From Sarcophilus harrisii (Eukaryota), in the NCBI GenBank assembly GCA_048593225.1, contig CM109175.1, forward strand, positions 261,479,655 to 261,543,654: a stretch of 64,000 nucleotides of DNA. Direction: 5' to 3'. Shown here one piece after another: positions 43,277 to 55,984 of the stretch (its first letter is position 1; every line of letters starts with the position of its first letter). The notes under the pieces are model-generated. The model ran no database searches and was not told the origin of the DNA. It saw nothing but the letters and a program-made list of their open reading frames with translations. The position numbers and the translations under genes are program-made.

Positions 43277-43435
43277 GGGACGTCGGGGGCGCTGGTGACT
43301 TTTCTTAGCCCGGTGTTTCCGAAGATTGTACTTAGCCAACTGGTACTCGTCAAACTGGGCAAATTTGTCCGTCATGGCAGCACGGAGACAGGCAGGCAGA
43401 GGTGCCAGCTTCCTATTGGGCTCCTCAGCCAGGCT
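43277..43435 (-). CDS. TEP1: TEP1 exon: SLAEEPNRKLAPLPACLRAAMTDKFAQFDEYQLAKYNLRKHRAKKSHQRPRRP (TROVE region)
   Basis: The acceptor is ctatcag|AGCCTG and the donor CGTCCC|gtcagt. The exon is 53 codons long. It matches human SLAEGDKNKLVPLPACLRTAMTDKFAQFDEYQLAKYNPRKHRAKRHPRRPP. Confidence 0.9.
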
Positions 43436-44683
43436 CTGATAGTAAGAAAAGAAGTGAGACTGGCCTCAAACTCCAATACACTGAGAATGGAGAGAGTGAG
43501 TCAAAACACAGAGTTAGAGCACTGAAGGGATAATGAACTGACAGGTCAGGAGGACATCAAGCAGAGTGGGAAAAAGGAAGGCAGAAGACAAGGGTCCACA
43601 AGAAGACAGAAAGGAAGCAGGCTTTAGGTCAGACTATGAATATCCTCTATGCTATAGCTTCAATGAAGACAGAATAGAATCTGTTGTTGTTTTAAGGGAG
43701 TCAGTATCATACAGTGGAAATATACCAGATAAGACACACCTGGATTCTAGTCCTAGCTGTATCACTACTTTCCTTATGACCTTGAAAAGTTTCAAGGGTT
43801 GATCACTCAGGACAATTTGTCAGAAAAAGACGTCATACAAAAATCATGAAAATACAGCAGCCCAGAGATAAGCTTATGTGAGTCTGAAGGAAAAGAACTG
43901 GAGAAATAGAGAAGAAAAGAAGTAAAATGTTAGCTTATATTTAGATATGGTTGCTGGTGAATTTATTTATTTATTTTTTTGAAACAAAGAAACCTGGCCA
44001 GAAAGTCAGAAAATTGGGTCCTAGTTTGGTAAACTGTGTGAACTTGGGCAAACTGTTCTATCTCTCTGGGCCACAGGTTTTCCATCTGTGAGAAGATTGT
44101 CTGTTCAAGTTCTGAAATGCCACAATCTTAGGGAAATATAAGGGTTTTCCAGTAGAGTAGAAATAATGAGAGATACTAGAAAGATAAACCTGGGGCAATC
44201 CAAGAAAGTCTTACAAAATAAGAGAAGCATTGATGCAGCTAGGTGGCACAGTGGATAGAGCCCTAGGCTGGCATTCAGGAAGACCTGAATTTAGATTTAT
44301 TAATACCTGTGTCACTCTTAACCTCTGTCTGAGTCAGGGTTATCAACTTTAAATAAAGATAATAATATCTACACCAAGAATGGCTGTGAGGATCAAATCA
44401 GATAATATTTGTAAAGAGCTTAGCCCAGTGCTACCTGACATATACTAAGTGCTTAATAAATGCTTATTGATTATTTCCTTCCTACCTATATGTGCCAAGG
44501 AGTGGTAATCCTGCCTAAAGAAGGGGGAATAATAACAGAGTCAATAGTGGAGACCTAGGAGTAAAAAGATTCTCTCTGGCTATAGATAATAGCTGAGTCA
44601 AAGGGAAGAGAACTCAATGAGAGTGAGGACAAAAGATAAAGAGTGAAGGCAAAAGAAGGCTAAGGATCCCATCTTGGACATAC

Positions 44684-44845
44684 CTGGAAAAACCGAGCCA
44701 CCTGCATCCAGTCAGAAGGGAGCTGCACAATAGCACAAAAATATCTCCTCACATAGGGACGACAAGCAGGTAGATAGGCAGCTATAGCTAGAACCATGAT
44801 GGCTATATCTCGAATGTTGAGCTGTTGTCGTGCATACAGGGATGC
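44684..44845 (-). CDS. TEP1: TEP1 exon: ASLYARQQLNIRDIAIMVLAIAAYLPACRPYVRRYFCAIVQLPSDWMQVARFFQ (TROVE region)
   Basis: The acceptor is gtgttctag|GCATCC and the donor TTCCAG|gtatgt. The exon is 54 codons long. It matches human ASLYARQQLNVRNVANNILAIAAFLPACRPHLRRYFCAIVQLPSDWIQVAELYQ. Confidence 0.92.
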
Positions 44846-45639
44846 CTAGAACACAAGGTGGAAGAGGTCAGACTGAGACATTGATTTCTTCACTTATTAA
44901 TACTTCCCAGAATTCTTAAACCTCTATTTTGATCTCTCCTCAAAACAGCTATTTGTAACTCTAATCACACAAAGAGCAACCACAGTTCCAAAGGGCTCAT
45001 GATGAAGTATATTATCCACCTTCAGGTTAAGAAATGATGTATAGATTTCCAAGTTCAAACAGAAGCACATTTTCTTTTCTTTCTTTTTAGAGGCGGGTAG
45101 AGGTATCATGGCCAACGAAGGAATTTGTTGTGTATGACTATAAATATTTGTAATGTGTTTTGTTTTTCTTGTCTTCTCATTGGGAAGGGAGTGAGAAAGG
45201 GAAGGAAGAGAATTTGGAAATGAAAAACTGAAAAAGGAAAACTAACTTAAAAAAAATTAAAATAGTTCCTTTTGTTCTTCTTAAACTTTTTCCACTCATG
45301 ACTCCTTTTTACGTGACCCCAGGCATATAGGTATATAAATTAAACATTTTCTGATAATTATAATTTTGCAAACCCCACATTTAGTTATGAGACCCCATGT
45401 GAAATCATGAACCACAGTTTAAAAAACTCGAGTCTACAGGATAAAATCCCAATTTGGTAATCTGGAATTCAATGCCCTTTGTAAAACTGAACCCAAAGTA
45501 TCTTTCTAGCAGTATCTCTTCCTTTTCTCTTCTACAGGTTCTAGCTAGAGCTTCAACTGAGGATTTGCCGAAGGATGATGAAATTTAGAAGGCACCAACA
45601 GCATTAGTACTTCAGAAAATAAAAACAAATTGTTGTTGG

Positions 45640-46140
45640 AACTGTGAAACACTATAATCATTTTGTTTTTGAAAGCAATCTGGAATTATGCAAAGTGAAT
45701 TAAAACACCCATATCCTTTGACCCAGAGATTTCATTATTAAGTAAGTATATATTCAAAGGAAGCCATTGATAAAAAGAAAGTTTCTGAATACACGAAAAT
45801 ATTTATAGCAGCACTTTTGATAATAACAAACAAACAATTGGTAGATACTTATCAATTAGGGAATGGCTAAATTACTGTGGTAGATGAATGTAATGGAATG
45901 TTATTGTCCTTTAAGAAATAATGTAATGAATACAGAGAAATATGGAAAGATCTAAATGAATTGATGTAAAGTAAGCAGAATAAAGAAAATAAATGAGTAC
46001 AACAATGTAAAGGGAAAGAATCACTTCCCTCCCTCCAAAAAGAAAAGACCAAAGTGAATGCTCCAAAATTATAAAGAACAAGAAGAGACAGAAGATACTC
46101 CCACACCCCATCTCTTAGCACAGATTGAAGATCCACAAAT
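45640..46140 (+). mobile_element. L1 ORF2 C-terminal fragment, + strand (antisense to TEP1)
   Basis: The + strand translation reads ..WNYAK..IPFDPEISL..KEAIDKKKVSEYTKIFIAALLIITNKQLVDTYQLGNG*ITVVDECNGMLLSFKK.., the typical L1 ORF2 tail. The - strand ORF 45867..46136 is antisense noise. Confidence 0.65.
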
Positions 46141-47336
46141 GCTGCATATCACACATCTTTTTAGAATTTTTTTGTATTAGTCAGCTATGCTAACTTTTTT
46201 TCATCTTTTTTTTTTTGTCTTAAAAAAATACTATTTGCTATGTAAGATGGCTTTCTGGAGGGAGGATAAATTATGGTGGTTGAAAACCCCCAAATATAAA
46301 TAAAAATGTATTACAAATTCAGTTTAGCGCCTAGTTAAGAAGACTAGTCAGTAGTATGAACTCTTAGTCTCCTCTCCATCCTAGCCTCATCCTGTTCCCT
46401 CTCCTGGCAGCATGCTACCTAACAACAACTCTCCAATTTCTTGGGGACATGGGCCAGAGTACCAGTGTATCTATCCCCTCTATATGAAGTACTGTCCTTG
46501 GACCTCTTTCTCCAAATTGCACTGAAGTCTGAATCCATGTTTGTGGTCAATCTCTGCAGCTGGATTTACTTTATTTTTTTTTATTTTTATTTTTTTTTTT
46601 AGAGACCAATTCAATAGTTTATTAAATGGAGAGAAATACTGGGACCAACGGATCCATGTTTGGTTCCAGGGTTGGACGAGACTATCATCTCAAAGAGTCC
46701 AGTGTGGATTTACTTTAAATAGTTGGTATGAAGGTTTGTTTTTTTTTTTCTGTTCCTTGCCCCAAACACATTTTGTAGTATCAGTACTCAACATCAAAAT
46801 CACTAGTTATATTTCTGACTGTAACCATTACTCATCTATGTAATAGTCTCCCAAATCCAGGTTGTCTTTTTTCTCCTTTATCTTTGTTCATGCCTTTTGC
46901 CTTGTACTCTCCATCTTCACTAATCAGGATCATTTCATCCTTCAAAGTCCCATCTTTTCATGAAGTCATTTCTAATCACAAATTGCTAAACTGCAATAAT
47001 ATGCACTGTCTATATCATCCACATGACCCTTAACAAAAACTAATTATTTGTAAACATATCATCTCCCTAACTCAATTGTAAACTCCATGAAGTTTAGAAC
47101 TGGGATATCCTCTTCAAATCACTTCAGCACCTAGGACAGTTTCTTACACATAGATTCAACATTTGTTGATTGAAGGAATATACTCCTGTAGCCTGGACTC
47201 TTAGCTTCATCCAGATTTCCTTTATTTCCTAAAGACACACTCCATAAAGACACACTCACACACTTCATAAGGGACAGGTTCTCTAAGGTAAAACTCATCA
47301 TTCCCTAACAAATCCCAAATCATTCCCACCAAGTAC

Positions 47337-47471
47337 CTTGAGAATGAACTCAGGCTCTAAAAGGGCAAGGTCTGTGCAGAGTTGAAGCAGGAACTTCCGG
47401 GTGGAGTCTTCAGCCTCCGACAGATTTGCCTTGGAGGACAGAGCACAGCACAGCTGGGTAATGAGCAGCAT
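47337..47471 (-). CDS. TEP1: TEP1 exon: MLLITQLCCALSSKANLSEAEDSTRKFLLQLCTDLALLEPEFILK (start of TROVE region)
   Basis: It lies in ORF 47298..47537(-). The acceptor is ttcccccaag|ATGCTG and the donor CTCAAG|gtactt. The exon is 45 codons long. It matches human MALLSLLCSTLVSEVNMNNTSDPTLAAIFEICRELALLEPEFILK. Confidence 0.88.
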
Positions 47472-47726
47472 CTTGGGGGAAGGATGGAAGAGAGGCAGGA
47501 GATAAGCACAGGTCTCTCTGGGCAAGGACTGCAACACTGAGACTTAATGATACGCCAACTCAATCAAGTCTGCAAGGTGATGTTGAGGACTACAAATTTA
47601 CAGCTATCCCTTTAGTATGGGTTCCTCCAATCCAGTGAGAAATGGTAACTCCAGGAAGCATTCCTATACCTTGATTCTGGTTCCAGTCCCATTCTCCCCT
47701 TTTCCCCCACCCTTGAAGTCCTTCAC

Positions 47727-47933
47727 CTTCTTGTTTTGCAAAGCCTGGTCCATGGTCTCGGGTTGGGCATCAGAGTCCCCTGCAGCCAGCTCCAGAGTCG
47801 GCTCTTCTGACACATTTTCTTCCCCTAAGCTTAAGTTATAAAAAGGAATGGCTTCCTCTGCTTGCTTTCCCTCCTCTTCTTCTTCTTCTTTCTGCTGCTT
47901 TTGTTCTTCTTCCCTGAAGAGGGACCAGGTATC
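47727..47933 (-). CDS. TEP1: TEP1 exon: DTWSLFREEEQKQQKEEEEEEGKQAEEAIPFYNLSLGEENVSEEPTLELAAGDSDAQPETMDQALQNKK (acidic linker)
   Basis: The acceptor is atccctcag|GATACC and the donor AAGAAG|gtgaag. The exon is 69 codons long. It matches human ..WFDSEEKKGAETQMPSYSLSLGEESEVEDLAVKLTSGDSESHPEPTDHVLQEKK. Confidence 0.85.
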
Positions 47934-49724
47934 CTGAGGGATGGAAGAGACATTTCACTCACAGACAAATCCTTGAACTGACTCTATCCAGAAAGGACAG
48001 GGAAAGGAGGCAGGGGGAGACTTGAGAACCACTTTCTGGCAAACCACTTTCCTCCTTCAGAATCAGGTCCCGACTCTACATATCAATCACCCTGATTTTT
48101 AGAATCTTCTTAATTTCCCACTTGTGGGTCCCTTCCCACACTAACACTATGAAGAACTGAGGGCACAGAATGGAAGCTCACCTGCTCCCAATAGTTCCTT
48201 TTGATGGTTTATGTAAACACTATGCTAGCCTTGCTATACTAATGAGGATGTCAAGTTCAGACTTAAGTTGTGCCATGTCCATAAAAATAGATAGGAACAT
48301 ATAATATTATCAGCATTCTTGTCTATAAACTACAGATATGTAAGGGCTAGTATATTTAATAGGGAACACTTGAAGGAAGGACTACATTCCCCATTTGTCT
48401 CTGGGCTTTAAGGACAATCCTGGGTGAAACCCTGGGAACTTCTGGTTTGGAGGAACAGTAGGAAAGTAGGATAATATATCAGAAGCACAACAAAGGAAAA
48501 AAAAAACCATGTGGAGGTATGACTGTAGTTCTGTTATTTGTTATTTAACAAAATAACAAAACACTGGAAGTCTAAATATAAGCATGTTTCTAAGATGCCA
48601 TGTAACAATGAGATATGACTGAAAAGAGCTTAGATAGAGCACCATGATTCCAAAACAATCTTTTTTTTTTTTTTTTGGCTGAGGTAATTGGGGATAAGTG
48701 ACTTGCCCAGGGTCACACAGCTAGGAAGTATTAAGTGTCTGAAGCCAGATTTGAACCCAGATCCTCTTGACTTCAGGGCTTTATCCATCTTTCTTTCTTA
48801 AATTTTATCTTTTTTTTTCCTTTTTAACTTTCTAAATTCTCTCCTTCCTTCCCACCTCTCCCTCATTCATTGACCTATACAATCTTGAAAGGCTATACCA
48901 TAACTGACGATTGTATTCCATCACTACTTTTGGAGAGAAACTTTTCTAATAAAATATATAGGAAAGTATTAATAGAGAGGGACATTTTGAAGAGAAACCC
49001 TTTCAAAATATGGAACATTTGGGTTTCATGAAAAAAGATAAAGATTTTTCCTTATTTGGGGGCTGTAATTCTTAGTTTGCTTTCCCGAAAGCTTGAGGAT
49101 AAGATCCTAATTCTTAGAAGTCTGTGAGGAAAGTGCTTTTCCCATTTCTTTGCTATTTTCACACAGAAATGAATTTCATGATATAGGAGCCTGCTTCAGA
49201 CAATAAAAGGTTCAGAGAATGATATATTTAGAAGCAATTGTGCCCAACTTATTTTTATGGATGACAATACTGAAGCATAGAGCATAATGTAGTCATACAT
49301 TAATTAACAAATTAGTCAAAAAACATTTATTATTTATTATGTGCCAGCCACTATGCCAAATGATAATGCTAATAAGTTTAGCTCAGGTTTTCCTAACTCC
49401 AAGTCCAATGCCCTATCCACTATTCTACATTCTCTCTGTCACTCCGGAGTCAGACCAAATTGGGTATAGACTTTCAGTTCAAAGCATACTTCCATTCTTA
49501 AATCTTGCTCTTGGCAACATCTCTTCTTGCTCAGAAATGTTTCAGGATTCTAGAGTCCCGAATACTATTACTGTAAAATCTCTGCGTTTCGCAAAGGACT
49601 CAACAGACAAGTATACACACATGTACCCAAAGCATTAGTCATGGCACAATAAAGCCCAGAAATATGAGGGCAAGGAATGCCTAAGAAGAACTCTTGGGGT
49701 AAAGATTAGTGGCTGGGGTGTTAC

Positions 49725-50021
49725 CAGAGATTTAGTTGCTTCCAGAGTCCCCTTGGAGCATAGAGCAGAGTAATCCAGGGTCCCTCCAGGGCAGGATGCC
49801 AGAGGGAAGTGTTGGTTCCTATAAGCTGCAGGTTCTGAGAGGAGGTGATTAGTGGTACCCATGCACTTTAGGGAAGGCTTAGTCAGGTGCGATGGTTGGA
49901 AGCACTGAAGTAGATGGCTGGGTGGCTGGGCCAGGATGTGGTTCTCCAGAGAGAGAACAGTTGGCCGTCCAAACAGTTCTAAACCTTGCTTCTTCACAGT
50001 TTGTGACTGACATGTAGATTC
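49725..50021 (-). CDS. TEP1: TEP1 N-terminal repeat exon, copy A: ESTCQSQTVKKQGLELFGRPTVLSLENHILAQPPSHLLQCFQPSHLTKPSLKCMGTTNHLLSEPAAYRNQHFPLASCPGGTLDYSALCSKGTLEATKSL
   Basis: It lies in ORF 49635..49997(-). The acceptor is tcttctttcag|GAATCT and the donor TCTCTG|gtaaca. The exon is 99 codons long. It contains one TEP1 N-terminal repeat unit (human consensus M-E-K-x-H-G-H-V-S-A-H-P-D-I-L-S-L-E-N-R-C-L-A-T-L) plus the following LLSEP..QHF region. The repeat starts with GTG (V), not ATG. Confidence 0.8.
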
Positions 50022-50439
50022 CTGAAAGAAGAGAAAGATTCAGTATATAGATTCTCTGGTCAGGTGAAAACCATTCAGTTTTTCACCCCAGCTGTCCTGT
50101 CAATTCAGGAGACAAACAGGCAGAACCAGTTCAGAAAAGTTTTCTGGACTGAGATCAGCCTTCCAGAGGTACTACTAATTGGGAAGAATAGCAAACAAGA
50201 ATGAAAGATGTCTGGGGAGAGAGAAGCTGGGGGCATAAAGGAGAAAAAAGATGGAGCTGGAGGAGAAGACAATGTGCACCAAAAGGCAGTTTTCATGGTA
50301 ACTTTCGAATTTAAGTTAAGAAAACATGAAATGTATCAACAAAACCAGCAGGAAGAGATAGAAAGAAAAATTCCCTTTGAAATAGCTGCAGAGAATATGA
50401 AATACTTGGGAATCTACCTGCCAAAACATATAAGAACTA

Positions 50440-51770
50440 TGTGAATATATATTACAAAACACTTTTCATATACAGACCAAAATAAGTAGATAGATATGGG
50501 CAATCTGTAGGTAAGCTGAGCCAATATAATAAAAATGTCAATATGACCTAAATTAATTTACTTATCCAGGGCCACATGAGTCCAACAACAAAAGAATTAT
50601 TTCATAGAGATAGAAAAATAATAACAAATTTCATCTGGAGAAACTAAAAGTCAAGAATATCAAGGGAATCCATGAAAAAAAAAACACAAAGGAAGGCAGT
50701 TTAGTATACTAGGCTATACTATACTATACTATATGACTACTAAGTAGTAAGCATCAAAATAATTAACTACTGGATAAGAAAAATAGCTATTGATGGAACC
50801 AATTAGATATACATTAATGCAGAAGGGAATGACCACACTAATCTATTGTATGATAAACCCAAAGCTCTAAGTTAGTGGAGCAAGAATTCATCATCTGATA
50901 AAAAGTGCTAGGAAAATTGGAAAGCAATCTCTCAAAAATTAAGCAGAAATCATTATCTTATACTATATACCAGAATAAGCTCAAAATGGGTTTGTAATTT
51001 AGACAAAAGGATTGGTATCCTAAGCAAATTAGGGGAACATGGGGAAAATTATCTTTTAGATCTATGGATAATAGAAGAGTTTATGACCAAACAAGAATTA
51101 AAGAAGATCACAGAAATAAAATAGATAATTTTGATTACATTAAATCAAAGGATTGGCACACACATACACAAAAACATCAAAGCAGTCAAAATTAGAAGGA
51201 AAGCAGGAAGTGGGGAAAAAATCTATAGTAAGTTTCTCTAATAAAGATCTCATTTCTCAAATATATTTGGAACCAAGTTAAACAAAAATAACAGCTATTC
51301 TCCAATTGATAAATGGCCAAAAATATAAAAAAGTAATTTTCAGAAGAAGAAATCAAAACTATTAATAATCATATGGAAAAATGCTCAAATCACTAATAAT
51401 TGGAGAAATAAAAATTAAAACAACTCTGAGGTACCGCATCACACCCATCAGATTAGTTAATATGACAGAAAAAGAAAATGACAAGTGCTGGAGAGGAGTG
51501 GAAAAATAAGGATACTAATGCACTCTTGGTGGCATTGTAAACTGATCCAACCACTTTGGAGTATAATTTGGTACAATGTCCAAAAAATTGAGCTAATCCT
51601 TTGACCTAGAAATACCACTATCAAGTCTGTTCCCAAAGAAAGAAAGGAAAAGTTCCCATATGTACAAATATATTTACAGCAGCTCTTTTTGTGGTAGCAA
51701 AAAATTGGAAACAGGGGATGTCCATCAATTGAGGAATGTCTGAACAGGCTGTATATGATTGTGATGAAAT
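50440..51770 (+). mobile_element. L1 ORF2 3' portion (about 1.3 kb), + strand (antisense to TEP1)
   Basis: It carries L1 ORF2-like coding sense on the + strand (..KSRISRESMKKKTQRKAV..; ..QLSPIDKWPKI..KKKSKL; ..IKIKTTLRYRITPIRLVNMTEKENDKCWRGVEKIRILMHSWWHCKLIQPLWSII..VPICTNIFTAALFVVAKNWKQGMSIN*GMSEQAVYDCDEMLLYFN). The - strand ORF 51457..51864 is its antisense. Confidence 0.7.
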
Positions 51771-52599
51771 GCTTTTGTACTTTAACTGCATTCCAAACTT
51801 TCAGACAATTATATCGTTTTCCATTATCTAAAGACACTTCAGATTGTGCAAACTTTGCAATCAATTTTTTTTTTTTTTTTTGGAAAAAATATATATTTCT
51901 TTTTTCCTATTATGTGTGTGTGTATGTGTGTGGCAATTGAGATTAAATGCCTTACCCAGGGTCACACAGCCAGGAAGTCTTAAGTGTCTGAGCTCACATC
52001 TGAATTCAGGTCCTCCTGACTTCAGGGTCAGTGCTCTATCTACTGAGCCATCCAGCTGCCCCATTTAGGTTGTTTTCCATCTGTGATACATCCTGGTCTT
52101 TGCACTTAAATCCTTTCCAAAACTATAAAAAGGCTGTTTGCCTCATCTTTTGATCTACTAAACAGCTAAAAGAACCCTTTTATTAGGCTCAACAATAAGT
52201 TGAACATTCTTAGAACTTTATGTCTTACTTTTATCTTAATTTCAATTGTGCTAATGACCAAAGACAAATTGTGTCTTAAGTTAATGCTTCAGAAATTTCA
52301 TGAGGAAGTCTCTCTTAAATAGGAAGGAGAAAGTAGTACCTTAGCTAATATATCAATTCTTATAGAAAAACCACGTGGACATTACAATCTTGTTAGCTTG
52401 GATCAAGTTTACAACCCAGGCCTATGACTTCCCAGCTCCATTCTAATGGTAGTTAAGGTAAGTCTTGAGGTGCAGATTGAGATGTCAAGTTCAAATGTAC
52501 GCTGTAGCATGTCCAATGAGACACATATCTGTACATCCCTCTATGTCTACTACATGTATATATTTATACACACATGTACTTACAGGAACATATATGTGT

Positions 52600-52870
52600 A
52601 ATAGGGCAAGTAGGTGGTACACTGGCTAGAATCCTGGGTCTGCAGTCATGGAGGCCCAAGTTCTAATCTCAGAAACTTTCTAGCTGTGTGATCCTGGGCA
52701 AGATATTTAACCTCTGTTTATCTCAGTTTCCTCATTTGCAAATTGGGAATAAAAACAGCACCTACCTCCCAGGGTTTTCACAAGGATCAAATGAGATAAT
52801 AATTGTAAAACACTTAGTACAATGCTTGGCATACAGCTAACATTATATAAATATTAGTTATTATTATTAT
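52600..52870 (+). mobile_element. Composite marsupial SINE (tRNA-like head, MIR-like core, 'TAGTACAATGCTTGGCACATAG..AATAAAT' tail)
   Basis: GGCAAGTAGGTGGTACACTGGCTAGAATCCTGGGTCTGCAGTCATGGAGGCCCAAGTTCTAATCTCAGAAACTTTCTAGCTGTGTGATCCTGGGCAAGATATTTAACCTCTGTTTATCTCAGTTTCCTCATTTGCAAATTGGGAATAAAAACAGCACCTACCTCCCAGGGTTTTCACAAGGATCAAATGAGATAATAATTGTAAAACACTTAGTACAATGCTTGGCATACAGCTAAC.. Confidence 0.8.
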
Positions 52871-53809
52871 TATTATTAATTACATCTGAAGGAAGGATTA
52901 TATTTACCATTAACCTCTGGGTCTCAAGGGCAGGCAGAATTTCCATTCACGTGAGTGCCCATAGCACAGGATTATTGCCTCAGGAGAGCAAGAGAGAAAA
53001 GTGCGAAGATTTGTGGAGGGATTCAAATAGCAGTCCTGTTGTACAGTTATTTGTAATACTTGATAGAGGAATCTAAGGATGTTTCTAAGACTCCATGGAT
53101 AAGATCAAAATTATATTAGTTTCTACTGTATTGGTTCTACAATTTAATTGATTGTACACTGTAATGATTTTTATAATTGAATCTGCATCTGTCTAAGCCA
53201 CCTTTCTATGTCCTTGAGTTGAGCTCTGGAATTGAGCTTTCCCTCTGAGTTAATTTAAAGTTATAATTAAAAGAAAAAGTTATTTTCTCTCATACTGGTA
53301 GTCTTTGGGATACTTCTAGGACATCTGTTGTCTGGAAGCCCCATAAATTAACTTGGTACCATCTCCCAAAAAATACGTTGTCTGTTGCCCAGCCTTGAAC
53401 AATTAGGGGAGTATTTATCTTTTCCAAGAAGACAGCAAGCCTGGTAGTTTTGATACCCTAATAAGGATTACAAGATACAGATGGGTCCTATAAACAACTA
53501 AAATTCTTTGTCAGAGAGAAGCATGATTGACCTCACCACCTGAATGCCAGCCATAGTGTGGTTATAATGTTCTAACTCTAAGATCCCTTCTTTTCTGTGT
53601 AACAATGAAGAGGTTCCGTCCTTCTCATTAGAGTCACTGGCCTTCCTGAGTTTGCCAATCTGACCTGCTTTCTTAAAAGCTGTGTGTGTCATTGATTTTA
53701 CTTAGTGTGTATCTCAGTCTACCTTTATTAGATTTTTTTAAGGCATGGGGCAAAGAGCGATGTCTACAGAGAGCCAAGTCAAAACAGTCTGATGTCCATT
53801 ATCTTTAAA

Positions 53810-54662
53810 AAAGAGGTTGTTTCTTCCATTGAAAACTACATCCATCTCATTCTGGTTTCTTACAAAAAAAGAAGGGCTGTATGAAGCCTATTTGGAGAAT
53901 ATGAATCTTAAGCCATTTTGCTTCCCACAATATTGCTTAGAAATGATATCCTATCATAAAGAAGGGAAAGGGATCTGTATGTGCACGAATGTTTGTGGCA
54001 GCCCTGTTTGTAGTGGCTAGAAACTGGAAACTGAGTGGATGCCCATCAGTTGGAAAATGGCTGAATAAATTGTGGTATATGAAAATTATGGAATATTATT
54101 GTTCTGTAAGAAATGACCAACAGGATGATTTCAGAAAGGCCTGGAGAGACTTACACGAACTGATGCTGAGTGAAATGAGCAGGACCAGGAGATCATTATA
54201 TACTTCAACAACAATACTATATGATGACCAGTTTTGATGGACCTGGCCATCCTCAGCAATGAGATCAACCAAATCATTTCCAATGGAACTGAACCAGCTA
54301 TGCCCAGAGAAAGAACTCTGGGAGATGACTAAAAACCATTACATTGAATTCCCAATCCCTATATTTATGCCCACCTGCATTTTTGATTTCCTTCACAAGC
54401 TAATTGTACAATATTTCAGAGTCTGATTCTATTTGTACAGCAAAATAACGGTTTGGTCATGAGTACTTATTGTATATCTAATTTATATTTTAATATATTT
54501 AACATCTACTGGTCATCCTGCCATCTCGGGGAGGGGGTGGGGGGTAAGAGGGGAAAAATTGGAACAAGAGGTTTGGCAATTGTCAATGCTGTAAAGTTAC
54601 CCATGCATATATCCTGTAAATAAAAGGCTATTAAATAAAAAATTAAAAATTAAAAAAAAAAA
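53810..54662 (+). mobile_element. L1 ORF2 C-terminus plus 3' tail and A-rich end, + strand (antisense to TEP1)
   Basis: ORF 53989..54237(+) ..GCPSVGKWLNKLWYMKIMEYYCSVRNDQQDDFRKAWRDLHELMLSEMSRTRRSLYTSTTILYDDQF is followed by the L1 tail ..GGGGAGGGGGTGGGGGGTAAGAGGGGAAAAATTGGAACAAGAGGTTTGGCAATTGTCAATGCTGTAAAGTTACC..AAATAAAAGGCTATTAAATAAAAAATTAAAAATTAAAAAAAAAAAG. Confidence 0.8.
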
Positions 54663-55708
54663 AGAAATGAGATCCTAATTTATCCTGGTGGGTGCTCCAT
54701 CAAAGTGATTTCCTTATTTTGATTCTGCTAACTAGCTCTGCCAACAGAACAATATCAGGCTATTCAGTCTCAGCTCTGCTCTGGGAGGACATCTTTCCTA
54801 GTCCTTCAGGGATTTAGGAATAAGCCTGGTCTCTGGGGCTCCTGGACACTTCTACTCAAGTTGCTCATCCACCTGAGGCAATGACCTCAAGCCACAGGCG
54901 CAGAAGTAGGTATCCTCAGAACTGATTAAAGCCTGATTAAAGGACTCTCCTTGGAACCAAAAATATATTCCTACCACCAGCCATGCCCCTTTCTAACATG
55001 ATACATTGCTCTATCTCCCTTTGATAATAAGCTCGTAAGACAGAGGTTGGCCTACTCAGTAACAGCAGAGGTCTAGTCAGAATATAGATAAGGGAGATTA
55101 TTTTTTTATAATAATAACTTTTTATTTTATGTTTTTTTTTGCTGAGGCAATTGGGGTTAAGTGACTTGCCCAGGGTCACAAAATTAAGATGCATTAAGTG
55201 TCTGAGGTCACATTTGAAGTCAGGTCCTCCTGGTGCTCTATCTACTACATCATCTAGCTGCCCCAGCTTTTTATTTTTTAAAATACATACAATGATAGTT
55301 TTCAACATTCACCCTTGCAAAACTTTATATTCCAAGTTTTTCTCCCTCCCTTCCCTAGACAGCAAATAATCCAGCGATAAGGGAGGTTTTACAAAGAAAT
55401 AAAAATAATTTGAAATGGGAGCAGTACTGAGGCTCTGAGGTTAAGATGAGGACAGAAGACCCTTTTTTCCCCCTTTGCCCCCCAGAAAAAACACAGGCTC
55501 CACTATCAATACAGCACACACAGGGGACACCGAGGCATAGACTATGGAAGTAAGGAAAGTCTAAAAGAATTGTACCTGCGAAATTATCTGTGGATATGTT
55601 TTGAAAATAAACAGCTTTAATTAAAAAAAAAAATGTGAAGACCACTGGTATGGTGAACCTTAAAAAATAAATAAATAAAAAGAATAGCGCCTGGGGCTGT
55701 TACCGTAC

Positions 55709-55984
55709 TAGAGATTTAGTTTCTTCCAGAATCCTCTTGGGCCACTTGGTGAAGTGGCCCAGAGTTGCAGGCTCTAAGAGGAGTCGGTTTCTGGTATCCA
55801 TGACCTTCGAGGAAGGCCCAGTCAGGTGAGATGGCCGGAGGGACTGAAGCAAGTGGCTAGCAGAAGCAGTACTTTCCAGGCTGGAAGGCTGGGTCAGGAT
55901 CCGATTCTCCACAGAGAGAACAGCGGACTGTCCACGTGGTTCCAAACCTTTACTATTCATGGTTTTGGTCTGGCAGGTGGGTCC
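55709..55984 (-). CDS. TEP1: TEP1 N-terminal repeat exon, copy B, with the probable initiator ATG (55960-55958): (GPTCQTKT)MNSKGLEPRGQSAVLSVENRILTQPSSLESTASASHLLQSLRPSHLTGPSSKVMDTRNRLLLEPATLGHFTKWPKRILEETKSL
   Basis: It lies in ORF 55700..55960(-). The acceptor is ctctactcag|GGACCC and the donor TCTCTA|gtacgg. The ATG has an A at -3 (aaaaccATGa). It is a paralogue of copy A, including its flanking intron sequence. It is in frame with copy A and the exon at 47727-47933 if both are spliced in. Confidence 0.6.

Noticed and set aside
53989-54237. + strand ORFs with the FRKAW.DLHELM.SE.SRT motif (also 41500..41706 and, on the - strand, 61709..62222)
   Set aside because: These are the conserved C-terminus of L1 ORF2 in truncated L1 copies. 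They are not host genes.
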